A DNA stretch of 63,547 nucleotides, filler included, from Stramenopiles sp. TOSAG23-3 (GCA_900128585.1; 40 parts of 40 records of this genome joined end to end with filler, not necessarily neighbours in it); one strand, 5' to 3'; shown: positions 35,601 through 47,039, numbered from the whole stretch's first letter. The notes: generated by a model from the letters alone, not told the origin. A program made the numbers and translations.

Positions 35601-36584
35601 TTATAGACTCCCTGCAACAACATCAGCTTCTGCCAATTCTTCATTTCTATTTGCTTCTGCCTCAGCTCGTTCTTTTTGTTCCTCTGGATCATGTTCTAAT
35701 AAATAATCGAAACGGTTTGCATTGTGAGTATATCCGACTCTATCTTCAAATGCGATGACAACTTTTCGCAATGATTCTTGATCAATAAATTCATCAAATT
35801 GCTCATCAAGTGGATGCCTTATTTTTAAAAGTTCTTTCTTCCTCAATGTCATACTTCGATCCCAATCTAACCTACGAAACATATCCATGGTTGATCGTAA
35901 TCGTGTTTTACTATGTCCATGGTCGTAAAGTTTCAATACGTGCAAAACATCGACCAATTCTTTCTCGCTCCAATGTCCACTGCGATCAACATCCGTCATT
36001 GAATGCAATAAGTCTTTTAATACACGCGCTTCAAATGGTTCAAATCGTTTTGGATGAACTCGATCCTCCACTGTATGTGGATGCCGCTCATGTTCAGCAA
36101 TAATCTCCGATTGCTGCAACCATTGATGTGCACTGTGCAATGCATAGGCATGATGGCATTCAGTATCAAAATCAATATAGCCATCATTATTTTGATCAAA
36201 ATCTTTCCACACATCATCTATATGAATTGGATGAGGATGTAATTCTGTACCTTTCGTTTCTTCCATATGTTCATCAACAACCAAATCAACTAAATTAACA
36301 AATTCGTCATGTGAAAGTATTCCATCATTGTTTTCATCCGCTTTGTCCAAATTTGCTTTAACATGATCAGCAAAATGATGCTCCACAAATTGTTGATGAT
36401 ATGGAGCATGTTTATGCAATAACGATGACTCTCTAGCAGCAAATTCTTTCCCTGCATATCGATTATGCGATCTTGCTGCATTGGATGTGTACATTATAAA
36501 TAACATATTGATGAAGCATATTCTCACAATAAATAATTGTTGCATTGAAGAAGAAAAAATATGATTCATTCGTTGTTGTTTCAT
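35601..36584 (-). CDS. Secretory His-rich multi-EF-hand protein (copy B, AT-rich)
   Basis: DENNDGILSHDEF, DQNNDGYIDFDTE; colinear with 9666-10616. Confidence 0.88.
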   Translation of the reverse strand: MKQQRMNHIFSSSMQQLFIVRICFINMLFIMYTSNAARSHNRYAGKEFAARESSLLHKHAPYHQQFVEHHFADHVKANLDKADENNDGILSHDEFVNLVDLVVDEHMEETKGTELHPHPIHIDDVWKDFDQNNDGYIDFDTECHHAYALHSAHQWLQQSEIIAEHERHPHTVEDRVHPKRFEPFEARVLKDLLHSMTDVDRSGHWSEKELVDVLHVLKLYDHGHSKTRLRSTMDMFRRLDWDRSMTLRKKELLKIRHPLDEQFDEFIDQESLRKVVIAFEDRVGYTHNANRFDYLLEHDPEEQKERAEAEANRNEELAEADVVAGSL

Positions 36585-36725
36585 GGTATATGTCTTATTA
36601 ATGTGTATTAAAAAAAAAAAACAGNNNNNNNNNNNNNNNNNNNNNNNNNNNNNNNNNNNNNNNNNNNNTTAATTAATTAANNNNNNNNNNNNNNNNNNNN
36701 NNNNNNNNNNNNNNNNNNNNNNNNT

Positions 36726-36831
36726 GGGCATCGTCCTGACGGCTCCAGTCGGCGCCATCGCTATTTCTGTAGCGGGGCCGCGGCTCTTGACGAAGGACGA
36801 GGTTGTTAACGAGGCGCCGTCTCGAGTGTGA
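36726..36831 (+). CDS. C-terminus of NHA/SLC9B-type Na+/H+ antiporter
   Basis: GIVLTAPVGAIAISVAGPRLLTKD...stop. Confidence 0.7.
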
Positions 36832-37047
36832 GGTTTTTTGTTTCATATAAGTTCGTTGTCCATAGTACTCTTAATACTATCTGCTCGTAAACTACACACA
36901 CAACGCGCGAAATGCGTGCTAGTGTCTTACTCTAGAGTTCCATGGCCTACGTACTCGCTCAAGACCCGCAAAACTACAAACTACCGCATCAACTGCGACG
37001 CCTACGACGATTTCGACGGGCACTGCACGCACGCGGAGCCCGCCGGT

Positions 37048-37088
37048 TGCCCCGTACCGTTAACGGTACGGGGCACACAGACCCTAGT
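37048..37088 (+). mobile_element. Helitron-like 3' terminus (28-bp palindrome, 8 nt, CTAG, T)
   Basis: TGCCCCGTACCGTTAACGGTACGGGGCA-cacagacc-CTAG-T. Confidence 0.5.
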
Positions 37089-37278
37089 GAGTTTTGCGCC
37101 ACTAGCATTTAAGCTGTTTTACGCCGCTCGTCACAACGCTGTTCTTCGCCGCTCGCCCTTTCCGCCCCCGTAAAAACGTTTCTCTCGCTCCCCGCGTTCC
37201 GATGAGCACCTTTTCAAAACCATCCGAGCCCACCTTGCCGCGAAACTGCCGCCGACACTAGGACCGTTTCGGACCCGC

Positions 37279-37367
37279 TCTAACCCGACTTTCGCCCAAC
37301 CCTAACCCTAACCCTAGTCTCATCCTAATCCTAACCCTTACTCGGACCGAATCCTAACCTCAACCTC
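37279..37367 (+). repeat. Degenerate interstitial telomere-like (CCCTAA)n
   Basis: cccaaccctaaccctaaccctag...cctaatcctaaccctta...cctaacctcaacc. Confidence 0.75.
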
Positions 37368-37534
37368 GCGACAGATAAAAAAAAGTCGAGTCAGTCATTC
37401 CGATTCTGACTTTTTCCATCTCAACTTATCGCCAAATCGCCAAATCACCAGACCAAAAAAAGTCGAGCCGGTCATTCCGATTATGACTGCTCGACCACGT
37501 ACCAAGGAGCGTGGAGCGCGTGGTTAAAGGAGGT

Positions 37535-37749
37535 GATGATACTTTTGTTGCGGGTGGTGGCTCCGACTTACCACAATGATTCGTTGGAAAAACCCACCAT
37601 GCCCAATGAGTCTTCTTGCTCCTAAAAGTCTGTAGTTCGTAAATTATTTTTGGGAGCTCATATGTTTGTCTATGTATAAGAGCTTGGAGATAACAATCTT
37701 TATGCGCACGTCCGTGATTACGACTCCGCTCTGATATTTTCTTTGGCAT
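37535..37749 (-). pseudogene. DUF1810-like gene, truncated
   Basis: ELQTFRSKKTHWAWWVFPT; joins a DUF285 tail remnant near 37535. Confidence 0.65.
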
Positions 37750-37797
37750 ATGCTGCTTTTCTTAAACGATAATATTTTTTTAACCCATCAAACATGA

Positions 37798-38212
37798 TTA
37801 AAAATTAAGTAAATACCAAGGAGCGTGAAGCGGCTGGTTGAAAGAGCTTGCGTCTGCAAACATCCATCTCATATTAATCACATTGGACACGTTCCACTTG
37901 TTAAGCGGCTGGTTAAACGAGCTCGCTTCATTAAACATAAAACCCATAATCCTCACATTGGACACATTCCACTTGTTAAGCGGCTGGTTAAAGGAGGTTG
38001 CGTAATTAAACATACTTTGCATATACGTCACGTTTGACACGTCCCACTTGTTGAGCGGCTGGTTGAAATATGTTGCGTCTTCAAACATACCAGCCATATT
38101 CGTCACATTGGACACGTTCCAATTGTTGAGCGGCTGGTTGAAAGACCATGTTCCTTCAAACATAGATTCCATATCCGTCACATTGGACACGTCCCAATTG
38201 CTAATCTCGCCT
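37798..38212 (-). CDS. DUF285/BspA-like 25-aa repeat protein, C-terminal part
   Basis: W(D/N)VSNVTxMxxMFxxAxSFNQPLN repeats with 75-bp period. Confidence 0.95.
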
Positions 38213-38667
38213 NNNNNNNNNNNNNNNNNNNNNNNNNNNNNNNNNNNNNNNNNNNNTTAATTAATTAANNNNNNNNNNNNNNNNNNNNNNNNNNNNNNNN
38301 NNNNNNNNNNNNAGAAGAAGAAGAAGAAGAAGAAGAAGAAGAAAGAAGAAGAAGAAGAAGAAAGAAGAAGAAGAAGAAGAAGAAGAAGAAGGCAGGAATT
38401 TTACTTCTTTATTTTTTTATATAGATGTTAGTTATAGTTACTCCTTTTTTCTTCCTCTCTCATATTCACTCCTATCCATCATCTCATATTATTATGTCAA
38501 AAGCTATATATTTTTATTATTTTTATATGTGTATATATACATTGACTTAATGTGTTTAAATGTTTATGTAGATGATTATATCTATTTAATGAATTATAAA
38601 TGAATATTCTGAATAGAAGTGGAAACATATGAAGTCTTGAGTTTTTATTTACGTAAAGCAACAACTT

Positions 38668-39789
38668 ATGAGAAAAGCCTTCATTTTTCATGTGGTGGTG
38701 CTGGTGGTTATGGTAATGGTCCAGGAGTGTGGTGGGCTCCCCTCTCGAACGGGGAGGAAAGGCTATTCGTTCCGTGCGGTGATGGGGGGAACGACTCGAA
38801 AGACTTGTTTTTCGGGGAATAAAATATTCCAGCGCGAACTGGTCGATGACTTCAAGAACCGGTTTACCGGGAGTTTTCTTTCCGTCTCGTTTCTGGACAC
38901 CGTCGAGGCAAGCTCGGAGGGCGACTGTGAAGCGGAATCGCGGCAGCATTGCTTGGAGCTATCTCACAAAAATTACAAAGGACCAAAGAAGCCAAAGAAG
39001 CGGTGCTCATGGTGCCAGCCGTCACATGTACAAATGGAAGAAGGTTTTTGTATCCCCTGCGCGGACGTGAAGAAAGCGGAGAAACGCTCCGGAATGAAGT
39101 GCAGCCCTTCTCTGTTCGAATGCGGGGAGCCTGGAGAGGCAGTGCCAAGCAAGAAGGTCAGTTCCAAAGTTTTGCCATCTGCAATGCTGTCGAAATCGAA
39201 AAGCAAAGCACAGGGTAAAATTGGTGCTGTTGGCTCAGCGTTGAAAGCTGGGGTCTGCAAAGTATTGCCGTGCAATATGATGAAAGGGGCTAAAGGGGGG
39301 AAGTGTGGAAAGGAAGGCAAGGAAGGCAAGGGAGGCAAGGGAGGCAAGGGGGGGAAGGGCGGTACGGGGTGCGATGACTCGCAGCCGCCGCCCCCAATAG
39401 ATAATATCGTAGACGAACCAGGCCATTCAGACCAGGGCGAGGATACGGTCGATGCTGAGGATAGGAAGTGGCCAGAAATTTCCAATTCGTGGGCAGAACC
39501 TGTGCATTATGGCCCACAGGTCCTTCCGTGGAGCACAAGACAATTTTGTGAACGAGTGAAAAAGCTTTTTGCAGAATCCAGTCCTCCCTATAGCGACTTT
39601 TCCGCCGATTGCATGGTCGCTTTTGGTAGTCCCTGCGCAGCACAATGTGGTATATTGTCCGGTTTGTTCGAATATGTACCGGAAGGGGCAACATATAGAA
39701 TCACTCTGTCCGATTGTTTCACCTGCTTGAAAACAGCGGATTGTGTTCCAGGTTGTGTCAAAACTGGAAGTTGCGTTGGGAATCTCTAA
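38668..39789 (+). CDS. Secreted cysteine-rich protein with (G/E)GK repeats
   Basis: Signal peptide; Cys clusters; GKEGKEGKGGKGGKGGKGG. Confidence 0.8.
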   Translation: MRKAFIFHVVVLVVMVMVQECGGLPSRTGRKGYSFRAVMGGTTRKTCFSGNKIFQRELVDDFKNRFTGSFLSVSFLDTVEASSEGDCEAESRQHCLELSHKNYKGPKKPKKRCSWCQPSHVQMEEGFCIPCADVKKAEKRSGMKCSPSLFECGEPGEAVPSKKVSSKVLPSAMLSKSKSKAQGKIGAVGSALKAGVCKVLPCNMMKGAKGGKCGKEGKEGKGGKGGKGGKGGTGCDDSQPPPPIDNIVDEPGHSDQGEDTVDAEDRKWPEISNSWAEPVHYGPQVLPWSTRQFCERVKKLFAESSPPYSDFSADCMVAFGSPCAAQCGILSGLFEYVPEGATYRITLSDCFTCLKTADCVPGCVKTGSCVGNL

Positions 39790-39900
39790 CTGCACGAATA
39801 NNNNNNNNNNNNNNNNNNNNNNNNNNNNNNNNNNNNNNNNNNNNTTAATTAATTAANNNNNNNNNNNNNNNNNNNNNNNNNNNNNNNNNNNNNNNNNNNN

Positions 39901-41387
39901 ATGCAAGTTGCACGACGATGTTTTGAGAATTGGAAGGCATCGAACCGTATCTCGAAGCGCCAGCGGTCCATGTTGCACCGACGACGGATGCAAATATGGT
40001 TTTCGGCGTGGAAAAAATGGTTAGTACAAGTAAAAGGGTTGAGGACATTAGACGAGAAAAATCGCCATGAACAAGAAAGCAAGCAATGGGCCGAAGTTGC
40101 CAGTGATTTGAAAACCAGGGTTCTCGAACTAGAGGGCGAAGTGTCACAATTGAACAATCTCTTGAAGAAGGAAAAGATGAAAAACGAGCAAGCCAAAGCC
40201 AGGGAGGTGGACTTGAAGTTTCGTTTGGACGACTCACAAACTCGGTGCAAACGCTTAATGGGCATTGTGGAACAAAGTGTCGGAAAAACTATAATGGACA
40301 CTAAACACCGGATTGGGAGCATTCCAGGGACAGAAATGGGCTTTGGGCAAGATACCGCTCCCCCTAGCCCGTCTTCAAGGAAAAAAAAAACTTCCTTGCC
40401 GATGTGGATATTTCTTCAGGACATTCGTAAAATTGGCAAACAGGCAATGACGCAGCGTGATTTGGATGTGTACAATGCAAATGCAGGAGGGGTCAAACGA
40501 TCCGAAGAGACATTTGATGAGCAACTTATTACCACTAGCACTGATATTTCTGCTGAAGCGTCTACACTTGCAATTGAACAATTGTGTAAAAAGGACGCAA
40601 CTTCTTTAATAAAGGCATGGGTGAATTACCAAATAAACAACCCGTGTTCTTCCCAGACCTTTGGAGCAGACGTAGACGAGTCCCAATTTGCGCCGGCATC
40701 CGATGCTCCCCAGATGCGAATCGATAACTTCAGCTCGCACTTGAGAGACTCCGTCGAGTACGCACTTCTTTCATCTAACATATTGCTGCAGCAGCCAGTA
40801 ATAGATCGTGTCGGCGGGTACGAAGTGCGAGTAGATGCAGGTGAATTTCGACTGCCAACGCCCACCAAAACAAAGAAGAAGAAACAGGTCGAAGAGCAAA
40901 AGGCTGCTGCCCTGGCCGCTGCAGAAAAAGCAATGAGGGCACAGCTACGCGACATATTTGACACAATGGACAGTAGTAGTGATGGCAAGTTAACACAGGC
41001 GGAGCTACTCCAAGCCATCGATGAAAACACGGCGTTGGTGGAAAAATTAAATGCCCACCCTCGGCTAGCACCATTTCTAATCCCGTCACTATGGGAAGCG
41101 GCGTTCAAAGAATCCGATGCAAACACAGATGGTGTCATTACCTTTGATGAATTCTTAGAATATTCTTACGGTGTAAAGGCAGGGAAAGGCCTCAGCACAC
41201 AAATTTACGACTTGCTCGATGAGAACAAGAACGAGAAGGTTTCGCGCGCGGATATTCTCGGTGCGGTCAGTGGGATCGGGAGTGCTCAGGTTACCTCATT
41301 GTTTCAATGCCACCCTGATCTGTCCAAAATTATGGATGTGGAGCTGTGGGAAGCCCAGTTCGAGAAAGCCATGCAAGGCGAATTGCA
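39901..41387 (+). CDS. Coiled-coil + calponin-homology-like + EF-hand protein, internal fragment
   Basis: LIKAWVNYQI...IDNFSSHLRDS; DSSSDGKLTQAEL, DANTDGVITFDEF. Confidence 0.85.
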
Positions 41388-41487
41388 NNNNNNNNNNNNN
41401 NNNNNNNNNNNNNNNNNNNNNNNNNNNNNNNTTAATTAATTAANNNNNNNNNNNNNNNNNNNNNNNNNNNNNNNNNNNNNNNNNNNN

Positions 41488-42974
41488 GAATATACTCCAT
41501 GGAATTTTTTTGAAAGAAGGGTCTTGGGTCTTCTGGTCTTCTTGGGTCTTTTGGGGTCTTGCTGCTTGGCTTGGCTTGGGTTGGGGGTTGGGGTCAGTCA
41601 ATCAAACGAAAGTAAAATTAATACGAGTAGTTATTATAGACTAACAACTGGAATAAGTTTTCAGAGACGAGAAGAAGGTGAATGAATTTATTGAATGAAG
41701 AATGAAGGACTTCAACATTTTTCATTTTTCCTCCGCAGCAGCAGCGCAGCAGGCTTCATGTCCTCGTATTATGATGTAGAATAATACTACTAATAATTAA
41801 GAATATAGAAGTGGGTGATGGGATGTGGCTGGTGCGTGTTGTTGTCTTGTTGTGTGGTGGTGTATTATAATTATTTAATATTCGTTTGACTTAATATTTT
41901 GCTGCAAATGTCTTTCCCTGGTAGAATGTATTTATTTTATTAGAATTTGTTTAATTTCTTCGTTTCATGAACAAATAAATCACACCCAGGAAAAGAAAGG
42001 AAGACTCCTCACCCCCCTTGTTATTATTTGCACTTATTAAAAACTCTTCGACCTCCAGAAGTTTGTTAACTGGGAAACTTGCTGTCGTAGAAATGAGAAG
42101 GGTAAATTTATTTATTACCGCAACGTTGCTTTGCACGGCGGTTGCAGGAGCGGAGGGATTTTTGAAATCGGACAATTCAACAAGTAGAATTAAATCATTT
42201 AATTTAAATACGTCGACGGTTAGAGTTGACGGGAATATGAGCTCAACTGGAACAAGACAAGTTAGACGGAAGGGAGTAGTTGTGGACTTTGGTCTTGCCA
42301 GCAAGGATTCAAGCGCAGAGGAGGAGGCGATCGTTCCCGTTAGAGAATTAAAAAAGAGCGGCGTCGCGCTCACCCAGTCCCTTTTAGAATCCGAGTTTTC
42401 CTCCGTAGTACTGCCTGCAGTAGGGCTAATAGGGCTGGCCATTTGCTGTTGGTTCGTGCGAATCAGCTACGCAAAGCATCCCCCGCAATCCATTGGTTTT
42501 GAGCTCAATTCGATCAGGGCTGCGCGAAAAGGTTACAGCAAGGTTGACAAGGATGAGGAAGAATTCGTGATGATAGATATATACGATCATCCCGACAACA
42601 AAACTCTTAACGAAACATGCTTTCTGTCGGACACGGACGATGATACTGAAGATGAAAACGAGGAAGAAATCAAACCTTCTTTGGATGTAAACAATTCAGA
42701 AAAAATTCGTCCTTAGCTAATATATATAGACTATACCTGACAAATCTATGTTGTACTAAATAAATAAATAGACGACGACTATAAAAATAATAATAAAATA
42801 TAATAAAAATACAACTGTATTATACAGGGGAGTGGTCATCCTCGGATACCATCATCACAGCATCTGATATGACTCTCCCTGCAGGGCAGCCAGCCAGCAG
42901 CAAGACCCCAAAAGACCCAAGAAGACCAGAAGACCCAAGACCCTTCTTTCAAAAAAATTCCATGGAGTATATTC
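41488..42974. repeat. Contig bounded by a perfect 79-bp inverted repeat rich in GG(G)TCTT units (41488-41566 / 42896-42974)
   Basis: Reverse-complement comparison. Confidence 0.95.
42093..42716 (+). CDS. Small type I membrane protein with acidic cytosolic tail
   Basis: Signal peptide MRRVNLFITATLLCTAVAG; TM VVLPAVGLIGLAICCWFV; GYSKV motif. Confidence 0.75.
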   Translation: MRRVNLFITATLLCTAVAGAEGFLKSDNSTSRIKSFNLNTSTVRVDGNMSSTGTRQVRRKGVVVDFGLASKDSSAEEEAIVPVRELKKSGVALTQSLLESEFSSVVLPAVGLIGLAICCWFVRISYAKHPPQSIGFELNSIRAARKGYSKVDKDEEEFVMIDIYDHPDNKTLNETCFLSDTDDDTEDENEEEIKPSLDVNNSEKIRP

Positions 42975-43076
42975 NNNNNNNNNNNNNNNNNNNNNNNNNN
43001 NNNNNNNNNNNNNNNNNNTTAATTAATTAANNNNNNNNNNNNNNNNNNNNNNNNNNNNNNNNNNNNNNNNNNNNCG

Positions 43077-44560
43077 AAGGTAAAGGGCCTTCAAAAGCCA
43101 AAGATCAAGCGAAGCTTTGGCGCGGAAATTATAGAGGTCAAGCTTGGACGAAAAAAGAGTGGGAAAGCGGACGTGGACTTGGCGTTGGACGAGTCGCTGG
43201 CCACGAGGAACACCTGCGACGCGCAGTTGAAGCGGGTGCTGGGAACGTTGGACAACGTCGACAAGTTTGCGTTTTCGAGTGGGAAGAAAGAGGCGCTGGA
43301 GAAGAGAAAACGGAAACAACTGCTGATGCGGCTGCGACGTGGAAGGGAGGAAAAAAGGACGAGGAAAAAAGTCAACGAAATGGCCCGCAGCCAGTCCGAA
43401 CCACTGTACAAAAAAGTGTTGAAGGTCAAAGACCCGCACTCAAAAGGGAACCGAAAGCTCGTGAAGCAGCTGATATCCAAGTACAACGAAGAGCAGGAGG
43501 ATCTCTGGGAAAAAGAGGGGGTGTGGGGCGGGGAAACGGGCTTCACGATGGCGACAGTGCCTCGGGGGAGCTGGATAGGGGAGAACCTGGGGAGTGCGCC
43601 GGATAAAATATACCAAGGGGAGAAAATGTACACCGACATTGCTGCCGTCGCGGAGCGAAATATAGCCAAGTGGAAAAAGATGCCAAACCTGAAGGCCTTC
43701 GACAGCAGTGGCCCGCGCATCCCGGAGGTCAAGCTGCAGCCAAACGACCTTGTAGATACCATAGGCATGCAGCTGAGGCAGACGAAACTTTACTGGACGG
43801 GGAGAAAGAAAGGAGTAAAGTTCCACGACGTCCCGCGCGACACGATGCAGTTCGCGAAGGCCGCTGCAGGGGTTGGTTCAGACTTAATCTACCCGCAGAA
43901 GAGCACCCTGGACACCCGGCAGACGTACTGGTTTCCATTTAAATGCACGGACGAGAGGTTCCCGGACAGAAAGTTTCAGTACGACGAGGGCGGGTTGTAC
44001 GCGCCGAAGTACACTGGGACGGCCATGGACGAGGACGATCCCGACTACTATAGCAGCGACGACGATGAAATCACCAAAATAGAAAAGATGCTTCCCGTGC
44101 ACGAGCGGCACAACTCTTTTGCTGTCGGTGTCCTAAAAGCAAAGCTGAAAGGGCCGTCTCGGTCGTTCAAGGACAAAACGCAGCGCACGGGAGAGCTAGG
44201 CACAGAAGTGTACCCAAATCTGGGCTGGAACTTTAGCCTATTGAAGGAGCACAAGCATTGGACAAAGAAAGATGTGTTCATGAAGACCGGACCGAGCGGT
44301 CGCGAGCGGCCGAACGAGTTCAAGCCCAGGTTTACGGTGGTGGGCACACCGACCATGAAGCCTTCCAACCTTTCCGCTTTTCGGCGCGAGCTGGCAATGA
44401 ATTCACCGTTGTTGCTCGAGCCAATGGCGGCGAAATTGCACGCAGAAATTAAAGCAGAAAAGAAGAGGAAGCGAAAAGAAGCGAAAGACAAGGCCCTGAA
44501 AGAAGAGCGTGCGAAGCGAGAGCGAGCCGAAAGGCTCCGACAAGGGACCCAGGCTTCGGC
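43077..44560 (+). CDS. Hypothetical protein, internal fragment
   Basis: ORF spans essentially the whole contig. Confidence 0.75.
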
Positions 44561-44688
44561 NNNNNNNNNNNNNNNNNNNNNNNNNNNNNNNNNNNNNNNN
44601 NNNNTTAATTAATTAANNNNNNNNNNNNNNNNNNNNNNNNNNNNNNNNNNNNNNNNNNNNTGAAGAAGAAAAAAAGAACTTAACAAAT

Positions 44689-45045
44689 ATGGGAGCTGGC
44701 GCGTCCGCTGCGGTGGAGATAGAAGAATACGAAGCAAAGTACAACAATTCACGGGCATTGAGCGATGTGGACAAGCAAAAAATTCAAGACTTTAGACTTT
44801 GTAGAAACGAAAGCCTTTACGATAGACTAGAAGTTCTTAAAATTGATGACACGCTCTCGAAGGAGGTGCGAGAATTTGTGGAATACAAGCTTCAAAAGAT
44901 TGCAACAGAGGTTGCAACGCAAGCGATAAACCAAGCGGCAGCTTTGTTGGTCGTGAAAGAAAAGGCAAAGCGAAATACCGGAAGCTACGGGCACAAGTGC
45001 GACGAGGAGGGGGAGAGGGTGCGTGGGGGAACGAATAAGAAGTGA
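44689..45045 (+). CDS. Small N-myristoylated protein
   Basis: MGAGAS start. Confidence 0.6.
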   Translation: MGAGASAAVEIEEYEAKYNNSRALSDVDKQKIQDFRLCRNESLYDRLEVLKIDDTLSKEVREFVEYKLQKIATEVATQAINQAAALLVVKEKAKRNTGSYGHKCDEEGERVRGGTNKK

Positions 45046-45082
45046 AACATCCTTTGTAAAAATCTATTTTATGTACTCTTTT

Positions 45083-46146
45083 TTAAAAGTCTACTTTTTT
45101 TGCAGGATCGGCCCCCTTGTCGTATTGAAAGTCCCAACTTTGGCAATACCCCTTAAGGGGATGAACCGGATGGTATCCGCATGCGTTATTCACCGATTTC
45201 ATTTTGCTCATTTGCGGCGTGTATTCCGTTTTTTTCGCTTTTCGCACAGTCTTTCTGTACGGCAGACCTACAGATGCCGCCTGATTATGAGCACTGTAGC
45301 ATGGAAGGAATTTCCCGATCTGCTTTGCTTGTTTCCCGAAACTTTTCACGCGCAGCCGTTCTGTGTGCATTTCTTGGGTCTTTTTCTTGCTTTTCATCAG
45401 GTAATGCATCATCTTCTTGCTCGCGGCGGGTACTTTTAACCGCCTCTTCCCTAAAGCTTTCAGCTTTTCAAGCTCTCCCGGGAAGGCCTGCAACTTATCT
45501 TCCATTTCTTTTTCCCAGGTCTCTTTCAGCTTTGGGGCCATGGACCCTGCCAAATCATACTGCCGGGAAGAGTAAGTGCGAATGGTGCCGTTAACGCCCA
45601 GGCCATTAATCAATGGATAACGCATTACGTACGATGCGCTCCGTTTCATCAATTCATGGGCCTTTGGCGGCTGTTTCCCGGGCTCCATCGCCAGCTCAAC
45701 GGGAGTCTTTATCCTCTTTGGGCGATCCCATGGGTCTTGCACCTTGGATGACTTCTCTTTCGCTTTTCTCTCTCTATGTTTCTTTAACCTGTTCTGTGTC
45801 GGTGCCCACCAAGACGCGACAAGCATCAGCAATTTGTCTTTCGTAAACGGTAACGGCAAGCTCGTCCACGGCTTTCTTCTGGCTTTGGACGTTCGGCTTT
45901 CCAGCTCGTCTCGATCCAACGCACGGCGAAGATGTGCACTGTCCAACACTTGCTGCTTTACATTACCGGGAGGTTCCGCAGTGCACAATACGACTGGGAT
46001 CTCCATTCCATACTCAAACAGCGACCTCATTAGGTTTGGCCCAAAAACATGCGGCAATTCCATCGGTATGAACAATAGATTAAATTCTTGCTCAGGCTTG
46101 TCTTTTACCCCTCTCATTATTGCCGCAACAAATCCCGACACCTCAT
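45083..46146 (-). CDS. Protein with degenerate receiver-like domain, C-terminal part
   Basis: FNLLFIPMELPHVFGPNLMRSL...IPVVLCTA. Confidence 0.6.
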
Positions 46147-46247
46147 NNNNNNNNNNNNNNNNNNNNNNNNNNNNNNNNNNNNNNNNNNNNTTAATTAATT
46201 AANNNNNNNNNNNNNNNNNNNNNNNNNNNNNNNNNNNNNNNNNNNNC

Positions 46248-47039
46248 CCCACGTATCATGTAGGGGATTACCAGGCGGACAGAGACGAATTAGCTGAGGG
46301 CGGGGAGGGAGGATACGTGCAGCATTTTTTGAACGGTTTTGAAGGACGGAAGGCGTCCATCCTGTTTAAATGCGACGCGGCTGCGGAAGAGGATGGAGGG
46401 ACGGACTCCTCTGCGACGAAGGGGGCGGCAAAGCTTATCGTGGAAGAGCCAAGCGAGCGGGTGTACCGTTTTACGTACTCGACTCCACACGTCTGCTATT
46501 CAAAAGTTAAGAAGCGCCCAGAGACGCTGGCAGAGCAGGCAAACACCGTCCTCCTGTCTCTTCACAAGGTCTGCATTCGATATGTCGAGTCCTGGGGGAC
46601 GAACGAGCTTTGCGGCGGCAACAAGGTGAGGCAATTGCACGTAAACACGCCGAAGAAGAAAGATGAAAGCGAGTCCGCAGTCGACACGACAGAGTACGTG
46701 CTGGGGAATTTTGACAGTGAATTTAATGCTCAAATGGTGGACGGGGGCGATGCGATTCTTCCCTCTCCCCCCTTGCAAAGGTACATAGAGGTATACAATG
46801 CAGGGACGCGCTGCGACTTGACGAAAAAGTTCCGGCGCGTTACGGTAGAGTACATGTGCTCAGACTCGGAAAAAACGTTCATTTCTTCCGTGGAAGAAGT
46901 GTCTACCTGTAATTATAAAATGACCGTGCTGACGCCCCTCCTTTGCTCTTTAAAGGGGTTCGACAAAGAGACGAAAAAGAATGCGAATTTGGAAGATATT
47001 ACATGCTTCGAAGAAAACCAATTATCGACTGAAATATAA
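46248..47039 (+). CDS. ER lectin OS-9/ERLEC1-like (MRH domains), 5' partial
   Basis: QHFLNG, NELCGGNKVRQLH, YNAGTRCDLTKKFRRVTVEYMC, EEVSTCNYKMTVLTPLLC. Confidence 0.9.
   Translation, partial: PTYHVGDYQADRDELAEGGEGGYVQHFLNGFEGRKASILFKCDAAAEEDGGTDSSATKGAAKLIVEEPSERVYRFTYSTPHVCYSKVKKRPETLAEQANTVLLSLHKVCIRYVESWGTNELCGGNKVRQLHVNTPKKKDESESAVDTTEYVLGNFDSEFNAQMVDGGDAILPSPPLQRYIEVYNAGTRCDLTKKFRRVTVEYMCSDSEKTFISSVEEVSTCNYKMTVLTPLLCSLKGFDKETKKNANLEDITCFEENQLSTEI

Noticed and set aside
37279-37367. True chromosome end
   Set aside because: Repeats are degenerate and internal to the contig
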